A stretch of DNA of 64,000 bases. It comes from a virus. Lineage: Duplodnaviria; Caudoviricetes. Shown piece after piece: positions 20,901-28,400 of the stretch (position 1 is the stretch's first letter; every line of letters starts with the position of its first letter). The translations under genes were made by a program, and so were the position numbers. The stretch lies in the IMG/VR virus record IMGVR_UViG_3300043409_003130, positions 1 through 64,000 of that record, one strand, 5' to 3'. The notes under the pieces were generated by a model. It was not told the DNA's origin. It made no database searches and was given only the letters and a program-made list of their open reading frames with translations.

Positions 20901-23900
20901 TTCAAGCGGTAGTTCAGGTTCTGATGGTTCAAGTGGTAGCTCAGGAACTTCAGGTATATCCGGTTCTAGTGGAACTTCTGGTTCTTCAGGAATAGACGGT
21001 TCAAGTGGAACATCAGGTTCAAGCGGCAGTTCCGGAACATCAGGTTCAAGTGGTACGTCTGGTATAAACGGTTCAAGTGGAACTTCAGGTATTTCTGGAA
21101 TAAACGGTACTTCAGGTTCAAGTGGAACATCCGGAATAAGTGGTAGCTCGGGAACTTCCGGTTCAAGTGGAACTTCTGGTTTAGCTGGTTCTAGTGGAAC
21201 TTCTGGTTTAGCTGGTTCTAGTGGAACATCTGGTTCAGATGGTTCAAGTGGAACATCCGGAATAAGTGGTAGTTCAGGAACGTCCGGTTCAGATGGTTCT
21301 TCTGGAACATCAGGTTCTTCAGGTTCAAGTGGTACATCTGGTTCTTCAGGTTCAAGTGGTGCATCTGGCTCAAGTGGTAGTTCTGGAACATCCGGTATAA
21401 ATGGTTCTTCTGGAACTTCTGGTATTTCAGGAATAAATGGTACGGCCGGTTCTTCTGGTTCAAGCGGTACATCAGGTATAAATGGCTCAAGTGGAACTTC
21501 TGGATCTAGTGGTATAGGCGGTTCAAGCGGTACATCTGGTTCAAGTGGAACTTCAGGCTTTGATGGGTCATCTGGTTCAAGTGGAACCTCTGGTATATCA
21601 GGTTCAAGTGGAACATCTGGTTCAAGCGGAACCTCAGGATCAAGCGGTTCAAGTGGTGAATCTGGTTCAAGCGGAACTTCTGGTTCAAGCGGTTCTAGTG
21701 GAACTTCTGGTTCAAGCGGAACAAGTGGTATAAACGGTTCAAGCGGTACATCCGGTATTTCTGGAGTAAATGGAACTTCCGGTTCAAGTGGAACTTCAGG
21801 TAGTTCAGGCTCTAGCGGAACTTCTGGTTCAAGCGGTGAATCTGGTTCTTCCGGTTCAAGTGGAACTTCTGGATCAAGTGGAATAGACGGGTCTTCTGGT
21901 ACATCAGGTTCAAGCGGCACATCTGGTTCTTCAGGCTCAAGCGGTAGCTCAGGAACTTCTGGTACATCAGGTGCATCAGGTTCAAGTGGAACAAGTGGTA
22001 GCTCAGGTTCAAGTGGAACTTCCGGTTCTTCAGGTTCAAGTGGAACTTCGGGTATAAACGGTTCAAGCGGTACTTCAGGTATTTCTGGAATAAATGGTAC
22101 ATCAGGGTCAAGTGGAATAAGTGGTAGCTCTGGTTCAAGCGGTAGCTCAGGAACTTCAGGCTCAAACGGTACTTCAGGAACAGCCGGGTCAGATGGTTCA
22201 AGCGGAACTTCTGGTTCTAGTGGAACATCTGGTATAAACGGTTCAAGTGGAACTTCTGGTTCTTCTGGATCAAGTGGAACAGCTGGATCTTCAGGAACCT
22301 CTGGTTCTTCAGGAACTTCAGGTTCAAGTGGAACTTCTGGTTCTTCAGGTTCAAGTGGAACTTCTGGTTCTTCTGGTTCAAGCGGAACCTCTGGTATAAA
22401 TGGTTCAAGTGGAACTTCTGGTATTTCTGGAGTAAATGGAACTTCTGGTTCAAGTGGAATTTCCGGTTCTTCTGGAACATCAGGAATAAGTGGAAGCTCA
22501 GGAACTTCCGGTTCTGACGGTTCAAGCGGTAGTTCAGGGTCAAGTGGTGCTTCGGGTTCTTCTGGTTCAAGCGGCACTTCTGGTTTGGACGGTTCAAGCG
22601 GTAGTTCAGGCTCTAGTGGAACTTCTGGTTCTTCTGGTTCAAGCGGTGAATCTGGTTCTTCTGGTACATCAGGTTCAAGCGGTTCAAGCGGTTCTAGTGG
22701 AACAAGTGGTATAAATGGTTCAAGTGGAACGTCCGGTATTTCTGGTATAAATGGAACATCAGGTTCAAGTGGAATTTCCGGCTCAAGTGGAACTTCTGGT
22801 ATTTCAGGTTCAAGTGGTAGTTCAGGAACTTCTGGATCAAGCGGAACTTCTGGTATTTCAGGTTCAAGCGGAACATCTGGTTCCGATGGATCTAGTGGTA
22901 GTTCAGGTATTTCTGGTTCAAGTGGGACTTCTGGTTCTTCTGGAACTTCCGGTTCAAGTGGAACTTCTGGTTCTTCTGGTTCAAGTGGAACCTCTGGTTC
23001 TAGTGGTAGTTCTGGTTCTTCAGGTTCAAGTGGTACTTCTGGTATAAACGGTTCAAGTGGAACGTCAGGTATTTCTGGAATAAACGGTACTTCAGGATCA
23101 AGCGGAATAAGTGGTAGTTCAGGTTCAAGTGGAACATCGGGTTCAAGCGGTACATCTGGTTCAAGCGGGTCAAGCGGAACTTCTGGTTTAGCTGGATCAA
23201 GTGGAACATCTGGTTCAGATGGCTCAAGTGGAACATCAGGAATAAGTGGAAGCTCAGGAACTTCAGGTTCAGATGGTTCAAGCGGTAGTTCTGGTTCTTC
23301 AGGTTCAAGTGGAACTTCTGGTTCTTCTGGTTCAAGCGGAACCTCTGGTTCTAGTGGTAGTTCGGGAACATCTGGTATAAATGGTTCTAGTGGAACATCT
23401 GGTATTTCAGGAATAAATGGTACATCCGGTTCTTCAGGTTCAAGCGGTACATCTGGTATAAATGGTTCAAGTGGAACCTCTGGTTCTTCTGGTTCAAGTG
23501 GTGAATCTGGTTCTTCCGGTTCAAGCGGAACTTCTGGATCAAGTGGAATAGACGGGTCTTCTGGGACGTCAGGTTCAAGCGGTAGTTCTGGTTCTTCAGG
23601 TTCAAGTGGTAGCTCAGGAACTTCTGGTTCAAGTGGAATTTCAGGATCAAGCGGTAGTTCTGGTTCTTCAGGTTCAAGTGGTACCTCTGGTATAAATGGT
23701 TCTTCTGGAACATCAGGTATTTCTGGAGTAAATGGTACATCTGGTTCAAGCGGAACCTCAGGAATAAGCGGTAGCTCAGGAACTTCTGGTATATCAGGTT
23801 CAAGTGGTAGCTCAGGAACTTCTGGAACATCAGGTTCAAGTGGGACTTCAGGTTCTTCTGGAACTTCAGGTTCAAGTGGAACTTCCGGTAATGATGGTTC

Positions 23901-26900
23901 TTCCGGTTCAAGCGGAACTTCTGGTATTTCAGGTTCAAGCGGTTCAAGTGGAACTTCTGGCTTAAGCGGTAGTTCAGGAACTTCTGGTATAAATGGTTCT
24001 TCTGGAACTTCCGGTTCAAGTGGAACTTCAGGTATTTCAGGAATAAACGGAACATCAGGTTCTAGTGGAACTTCAGGTATAAATGGTTCAAGCGGAACTT
24101 CAGGTTTAAATGGTTCTTCTGGAACCTCTGGCCTAAGTGGTAGTTCAGGAACTTCAGGTTCAAGCGGTACATCCGGTTCAAGTGGTACATCTGGTATAAA
24201 TGGATCAAGTGGTACATCTGGTTCAAGTGGGACTTCGGGTTCTTCCGGTTCAAGTGGAACTTCTGGAACATCAGGTTCAAGTGGGACTTCAGGTTCAAGT
24301 GGTACATCTGGTTCTTCAGGTTCAAGCGGAACTTCTGGTTTAAATGGTTCAAGTGGAACATCTGGTATAAATGGTACTTCTGGTTCAAGCGGTACTTCTG
24401 GATCAAGTGGAACATCTGGTTCTAGTGGTAGCTCAGGAACTTCAGGTTCAAGCGGATTAAGCGGAGTAAATGGAATAGACGGTTCAAGTGGAACTTCTGG
24501 TATAAATGGTTCAAGTGGAACATCTGGTTCTTCTGGATCAAGCGGAACTTCTGGGTCTAGCGGAACTTCAGGTTCTAGTGGGTCTAGTGGAACATCTGGT
24601 TCTTCTGGATCAAGCGGAACATCTGGTTCTAGTGGTAGTTCAGGAACTTCAGGTATAAATGGTAGTTCAGGAACTTCGGGTATAAATGGTTCAAGTGGAA
24701 CTTCAGGCTCAAGTGGAACTTCGGGTTCAAGTGGTTCTAGTGGAACTTCAGGTTCAAGTGGTTCTAGTGGAACGTCTGGTTCTTCTGGAACATCTGGGTC
24801 TAGTGGAACATCTGGAACTTCTGGTTCTAGTGGTACTTCTGGATCAAGCGGAACTTCTGGTATTTCAGGAATAAATGGTACTTCAGGTTCAAGCGGTATT
24901 TCAGGTTCAAGTGGAACTTCTGGAATATCTGGAACTTCAGGTTCAAGTGGTAGTTCAGGCTCTAGTGGAACTTCTGGTATTTCAGGTTCAAGTGGAACTT
25001 CTGGTTCAAGCGGTAGTTCAGGTTCAAGCGGAACGTCTGGTTCTTCAGGTTCAAGCGGTAGTTCAGGAATATCTGGTTCTTCTGGAACTTCTGGTTCAAG
25101 TGGTTCAAGCGGTTCATCTGGTACATCAGGTTCAAGTGGTACTTCTGGTATTTCAGGAATAAATGGTACATCTGGTACATCTGGTGCAACTGGTTCAAAC
25201 GGTTCTTCTGGAACTTCAGGTTCAAGTGGTAGCTCAGGTACATCAGGTTCAAGTGGTAGTTCAGGTTCAAGCGGAACTTCTGGTTCTAGCGGTAGTTCTG
25301 GAACATCAGGTATAAATGGTTCAAGCGGTAGCTCTGGAACTTCTGGAAATTCAGGTTCAAGTGGGACTTCGGGTTCTTCAGGCTCAAGCGGTAGTTCAGG
25401 TTCTTCAGGTTCAAGTGGTAGTTCTGGAACATCAGGCGTATCAGGTTCAAGTGGAACATCTGGAATATCTGGAACTTCTGGTTCAAGTGGTAGCTCAGGT
25501 ACATCAGGTTCAAGTGGTAGTTCAGGTTCAAGTGGAACTTCTGGTTCAAGTGGAACTTCTGGTTCTTCAGGTTCAAGTGGTAGTTCTGGAACATCAGGTT
25601 TAAGCGGTTCAAGTGGTACTTCTGGTATTTCTGGAGTAAATGGAACTTCTGGTACTTCTGGTGCAAATGGTTCAAGCGGAACCTCTGGTTCAAATGGTTC
25701 AAGCGGTACTTCTGGTAATTCAGGTTCTAGCGGGTCAAGTGGAACTTCCGGTAACTCAGGTTCAAGTGGTACGTCTGGCTTAAACGGTGCAAATGGTTCA
25801 AGCGGAACTTCAGGTTCAAGCGGAACTTCTGGTTCTTCAGGCTCAAGCGGTAGTTCAGGTTCTTCAGGTTCTAGTGGTAGTTCAGGAACTTCCGGTTCTT
25901 CAGGTTCGTCAGGTTCAAGTGGAACTTCTGGTATAAATGGTTCAAGCGGAACCTCTGGTACGTCAGGTGCAACTGGGTCAAATGGCTCTAGTGGAACATC
26001 AGGTTCAAGCGGTAGCTCTGGAACATCAGGCTCTTCTGGTTCAAGTGGAACAAGCGGCAGCTCAGGTTCAAGCGGTAGTTCAGGAACATCAGGCTCAAGC
26101 GGTTCAAGTGGAACTTCTGGTATTAGTGGCAGTTCAGGTACTTCAGGTATTTCTGGAGTAAATGGAACTTCTGGTACATCAGGCGGAACTGGTTCAAACG
26201 GTTCAAGTGGAACTTCAGGTTCTTCAGGTTCTAGCGGTACGTCCGGTGCAACTGGTTCAAACGGTTTAAATGGTTCAAGTGGAACTTCAGGTTCTTCAGG
26301 TTCTAGTGGTGCAACCGGCTCAAACGGTTCTTCTGGAACTTCAGGTTCTAGTGGATCAAGCGGTTCAACTGGTTCAAATGGTTCTTCTGGAACTTCAGGT
26401 TCTAGCGGTACTTCTGTTGCTGTTTCTGGAACAAATAATACCCTTGTTAAATTTACATCTTCTTCAACTGTTGGTAATTCAACAATAACGGATGATGGAA
26501 CTAATATAAAAGCGACAACAACTTCATTAGTCGCTGGATATGACCCAACTCCATTAGCTGGAACCATACGAGACGGGGTAACATCAGTGCTAGGTGATTT
26601 AAATTCATGGAATAGTAATTTCTATCAAGGAACTGTATTATATTCAGAAACAGCAGGAGCAACAATTACCTTTGGTCAATTATGTTATAGAACACAAAAC
26701 GAAACTTGGGAATTAGCTGATGCAACAGCAATTGCATCCGCAGCAACTAACATGTTAGGCATTTGTGTTAAATCTTCAACTTCAACTAATCCAACTTCCA
26801 TACTAATTAATGGGTTTGTTGAAACTGCTACTTATGCAGCTATTTTAAAATCTGGAGAACCTTTGTATATGGCTATAACTGCAGGCAGTATGACTAAAAC

Positions 26901-27018
26901 CGCACCAACCACTGCTGGAAACATAGTTAGATTAATAGGTCATACATTTTGGGACTCTAATACAAATTCAAAAATAGTAATACGCTTTAATCCTGAAAAT
27001 TCTTGGATAGAATTATAA
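17983..27018 (+). CDS. Giant 3011-aa Gly-X-Ser repeat fibre-like protein with C-terminal capsid-cement-like domain
   Basis: About 200-aa N-domain, then about 2600 aa of G-[STILAEN]-[SND] triplets. C-domain GQLCY...WELADA...MLGICV...GEPLYM...AGSMTKTAPT..GNIVRLIG resembles phage cement/fibre-tip domains. Confidence 0.75.
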   Translation: MAGYTDSERLKLVFKVQAANVIDAASNFSWYEAKFAFNPNIAANRVLTQFATIKANPVANKAAALALLGTGNPLDGIVANAYTTGIRLTQVISGNNTTWVVAGTYGDITTQILDWIQPQKILQTSGSPSIGWAIEFWNGDPASGGTQITTTANAGTEVSWVFNYDNGLLLLSDSMVTYLTSTYGTINPYIRGFYYIGDTLADSVGTSGTSGTSGITGSSGTSGSSGTSGLSGSSGTSGLSGSSGTAGSSGTSGSSGTSGIDGSAGTSGSSGSSGTSGSSGSSGTSGIDGSSGTSGSSGSSGSSGSSGTSGSDGSSGSSGSSGSSGTSGSSGSSGSSGSSGTSGSSGTAGSSGTSGISGINGTSGSNGTSGTAGSSGTSGSSGTSGSNGSSGTSGSNGSSGTSGINGSSGTSGISGINGTSGSSGTSGSSGTSGSNGSSGTSGTSGSSGTAGSSGTSGINGSSGTSGISGINGAAGSNGTSGTSGSDGSSGSSGISGSSGSSGSDGSSGSSGTSGSSGTSGINGSSGTSGISGINGTSGSSGISGSSGSSGTSGISGTSGSSGISGSSGSSGSSGSSGSSGSSGSSGSSGTSGSDGSSGTSGTAGTSGSSGTSGINGSSGTSGINGSSGTSGISGINGTSGSSGISGSSGTSGSSGSSGISGSSGTSGIDGSSGTSGSSGISGSSGSSGSSGTSGSSGSSGESGSSGTSGSSGTSGSSGTSGINGSSGTSGISGINGTSGSSGISGSSGTSGISGSSGTSGVNGTSGTSGSSGIDGSSGTSGTAGSSGTAGSSGSSGSSGSSGSSGSSGTSGSSGSSGSSGISGSSGTSGISGINGTSGSSGTSGISGSSGTSGISGSSGTSGISGSSGSSGSSGIDGSSGTSGSSGSSGTSGSSGISGSSGTSGTAGTSGSDGSSGTSGSSGTSGINGSSGTSGISGINGTSGSSGTSGSSGISGSSGTSGISGSSGTSGISGSSGSSGSDGSSGSSGTSGISGSSGTSGSSGIDGSSGTSGSSGSSGTSGSSGTSGINGSSGTSGISGINGTSGSSGTSGISGSSGTSGSSGTSGLAGSSGTSGLAGSSGTSGSDGSSGTSGISGSSGTSGSDGSSGTSGSSGSSGTSGSSGSSGASGSSGSSGTSGINGSSGTSGISGINGTAGSSGSSGTSGINGSSGTSGSSGIGGSSGTSGSSGTSGFDGSSGSSGTSGISGSSGTSGSSGTSGSSGSSGESGSSGTSGSSGSSGTSGSSGTSGINGSSGTSGISGVNGTSGSSGTSGSSGSSGTSGSSGESGSSGSSGTSGSSGIDGSSGTSGSSGTSGSSGSSGSSGTSGTSGASGSSGTSGSSGSSGTSGSSGSSGTSGINGSSGTSGISGINGTSGSSGISGSSGSSGSSGTSGSNGTSGTAGSDGSSGTSGSSGTSGINGSSGTSGSSGSSGTAGSSGTSGSSGTSGSSGTSGSSGSSGTSGSSGSSGTSGINGSSGTSGISGVNGTSGSSGISGSSGTSGISGSSGTSGSDGSSGSSGSSGASGSSGSSGTSGLDGSSGSSGSSGTSGSSGSSGESGSSGTSGSSGSSGSSGTSGINGSSGTSGISGINGTSGSSGISGSSGTSGISGSSGSSGTSGSSGTSGISGSSGTSGSDGSSGSSGISGSSGTSGSSGTSGSSGTSGSSGSSGTSGSSGSSGSSGSSGTSGINGSSGTSGISGINGTSGSSGISGSSGSSGTSGSSGTSGSSGSSGTSGLAGSSGTSGSDGSSGTSGISGSSGTSGSDGSSGSSGSSGSSGTSGSSGSSGTSGSSGSSGTSGINGSSGTSGISGINGTSGSSGSSGTSGINGSSGTSGSSGSSGESGSSGSSGTSGSSGIDGSSGTSGSSGSSGSSGSSGSSGTSGSSGISGSSGSSGSSGSSGTSGINGSSGTSGISGVNGTSGSSGTSGISGSSGTSGISGSSGSSGTSGTSGSSGTSGSSGTSGSSGTSGNDGSSGSSGTSGISGSSGSSGTSGLSGSSGTSGINGSSGTSGSSGTSGISGINGTSGSSGTSGINGSSGTSGLNGSSGTSGLSGSSGTSGSSGTSGSSGTSGINGSSGTSGSSGTSGSSGSSGTSGTSGSSGTSGSSGTSGSSGSSGTSGLNGSSGTSGINGTSGSSGTSGSSGTSGSSGSSGTSGSSGLSGVNGIDGSSGTSGINGSSGTSGSSGSSGTSGSSGTSGSSGSSGTSGSSGSSGTSGSSGSSGTSGINGSSGTSGINGSSGTSGSSGTSGSSGSSGTSGSSGSSGTSGSSGTSGSSGTSGTSGSSGTSGSSGTSGISGINGTSGSSGISGSSGTSGISGTSGSSGSSGSSGTSGISGSSGTSGSSGSSGSSGTSGSSGSSGSSGISGSSGTSGSSGSSGSSGTSGSSGTSGISGINGTSGTSGATGSNGSSGTSGSSGSSGTSGSSGSSGSSGTSGSSGSSGTSGINGSSGSSGTSGNSGSSGTSGSSGSSGSSGSSGSSGSSGTSGVSGSSGTSGISGTSGSSGSSGTSGSSGSSGSSGTSGSSGTSGSSGSSGSSGTSGLSGSSGTSGISGVNGTSGTSGANGSSGTSGSNGSSGTSGNSGSSGSSGTSGNSGSSGTSGLNGANGSSGTSGSSGTSGSSGSSGSSGSSGSSGSSGTSGSSGSSGSSGTSGINGSSGTSGTSGATGSNGSSGTSGSSGSSGTSGSSGSSGTSGSSGSSGSSGTSGSSGSSGTSGISGSSGTSGISGVNGTSGTSGGTGSNGSSGTSGSSGSSGTSGATGSNGLNGSSGTSGSSGSSGATGSNGSSGTSGSSGSSGSTGSNGSSGTSGSSGTSVAVSGTNNTLVKFTSSSTVGNSTITDDGTNIKATTTSLVAGYDPTPLAGTIRDGVTSVLGDLNSWNSNFYQGTVLYSETAGATITFGQLCYRTQNETWELADATAIASAATNMLGICVKSSTSTNPTSILINGFVETATYAAILKSGEPLYMAITAGSMTKTAPTTAGNIVRLIGHTFWDSNTNSKIVIRFNPENSWIEL
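18595..26415 (+). repeat. 9-bp-period coding repeat (about 869 G-X-Y triplets: GSS, GTS, GIS, GIN, GSD)
   Basis: 7821 bp dominated by ggttcaagt/ggaacttct variants with synonymous variation. Confidence 0.95.
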
Positions 27019-27028
27019 TATTTAATTT

Positions 27029-27976
27029 ATGAAAATTAAAGGAGTAGATACAACGGTTATTGTTAAAATAAATGGAATTGCTCGAGCTTCAATTGTAAAA
27101 GCCTCTGGAGTAGCCCTTCCAGTTATATCAACTACCACTACAACAACCTCTGGTGGATTTACCTCAGCAACTGGTGGAACCGTAACAACTTCTGGTGACT
27201 ATAAAATACATACATTTACTAGTGTAGGCAGTACAAACTTTGTAGTTAGTACCGTTGGAACTGCTCCAAATAATAAGTTTGAAATATTATTAGTTGCAGG
27301 CGGAGGTGGTGGAGGTGGACAGTATGTAGGAGGCGGTGGCGGTGGCGGCGGAGTCATTGAAAATACAAACTATGGTTTATCAAGTGGTGCAACAACATAT
27401 AGTGTAGCAGTAGGTGGTGGTGGAGCTGGAAGTAGTTACTTTGAAACAGCCGGCGGTAACGGTACAAACACAACTTTTGATAGTAATACGGCAGTCGGCG
27501 GTGGCGGCGGAGCAAGCCATGGAGCTAATGCTCAAGTTGGAGGTTCAGGTGGAGGTGGTGCCGGTCTACAATATAACAATCCAACACAGGAATTAGGAGC
27601 AGCTGGAACAGCAAGTCAAGGTAATGCAGGTGGTAATGGTTCTGGTGCAGGTCCATACTATGGTGCAGGTGGTGGAGGAGGAGCCGGGGCAGTTGGAAGT
27701 GTTGGAACTGGTACAAATGGCGGAGCTGGTGGAGCCGGAGTAGTATCAGCAATAGATAGTAATTACTACGGTGGAGGCGGCGGAGGCTCGGTTTATACAG
27801 CAAATGGAACCGGCGGAGCTGGAGGAACTGGCGGCGGTGGAGCTGGAAGTGATGGAGGCGGAACGAATGGCACTGCTAATACCGGCGGTGGAGGCGGTGG
27901 TTCTGAAAGAAATGGAACAGCTACCGGTGGTTCAGGTGGTTCAGGTATTGTAATAATAAAATATAAATTTCAATAA
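27029..27976 (+). CDS. Glycine-rich domain protein (adhesin/fibre-tip-like)
   Basis: TGGTVTTSGDYKIHTF, LLVAGGGGGG and terminal GGSGGSGIVIIKY are typical of polyglycine-rich phage domains. Confidence 0.75.
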   Translation: MKIKGVDTTVIVKINGIARASIVKASGVALPVISTTTTTTSGGFTSATGGTVTTSGDYKIHTFTSVGSTNFVVSTVGTAPNNKFEILLVAGGGGGGGQYVGGGGGGGGVIENTNYGLSSGATTYSVAVGGGGAGSSYFETAGGNGTNTTFDSNTAVGGGGGASHGANAQVGGSGGGGAGLQYNNPTQELGAAGTASQGNAGGNGSGAGPYYGAGGGGGAGAVGSVGTGTNGGAGGAGVVSAIDSNYYGGGGGGSVYTANGTGGAGGTGGGGAGSDGGGTNGTANTGGGGGGSERNGTATGGSGGSGIVIIKYKFQ

Positions 27977-28345
27977 ATGGCACATTTTGCACTTATAAAA
28001 GAAACTATTGTAATTGCAGTAATTATAGTTGATAATAATGCAATTACCGATAATGGAGTTGAGGTTGAACAATTAGGTATTGACTTAATAGACTCTTTAA
28101 ATATTAAAGGGCTTTATGATTATGATACGGTAAGACAAACCTCTTATAATTCAAATTTTAGAAGTAAATATGCCAGAATAGGAGACACTTGGAATGAAAT
28201 TAATAATGTTTTTATTTCACCTAAACCCTTTCCAAGTTGGGTATTAGATGCTAATTTTAAATGGAAATCACAAGTAACCTATCCAAGTAGTGGTCACTAT
28301 ACCTGGAATGAAACCCTATCTGAATGGGTACCTTTATCATTTTAA
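27977..28345 (+). CDS. Phage protein commonly paired with glycine-rich fibre genes
   Basis: MAHFA start and QTSYNSNFRSKYA..G, FISPKPFPSWVL motifs; abuts the Gly-rich gene. Confidence 0.65.
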   Translation: MAHFALIKETIVIAVIIVDNNAITDNGVEVEQLGIDLIDSLNIKGLYDYDTVRQTSYNSNFRSKYARIGDTWNEINNVFISPKPFPSWVLDANFKWKSQVTYPSSGHYTWNETLSEWVPLSF

Positions 28346-28355
28346 TTAATCTTAA

Positions 28356-28382
28356 AAACCACTAGTGTAATATAAGTATAAT
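28356..28382 (+). promoter_or_regulatory. Candidate promoter AAAC-N14-AAGTATAAT
   Basis: Same spacing as the 14396 motif; lies directly upstream of the glycosyltransferase fusion. Confidence 0.55.
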
Positions 28383-28400
28383 CTTAAAAGATTTAATTAT

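Noticed and set aside
18564-26567. 2667-aa antisense ORF rich in PLE/PEV, plus many short alternative-frame ORFs inside the repeat
   Set aside because: Shadow of the G-X-S repeat: the reverse complement of these codons lacks stops in one frame. It ends almost exactly at the repeat boundaries and has no independent domain.
17983-27018. Calling the giant repeat protein a conventional collagen
   Set aside because: X/Y positions are Ser/Thr/Ile/Asn with essentially no Pro or charge pairs; a triple helix cannot be assumed.
27029-28345. Diversity-generating retroelement acting on fibre tips
   Set aside because: No reverse transcriptase and no adenine-variant TR/VR repeat pair seen in the window.
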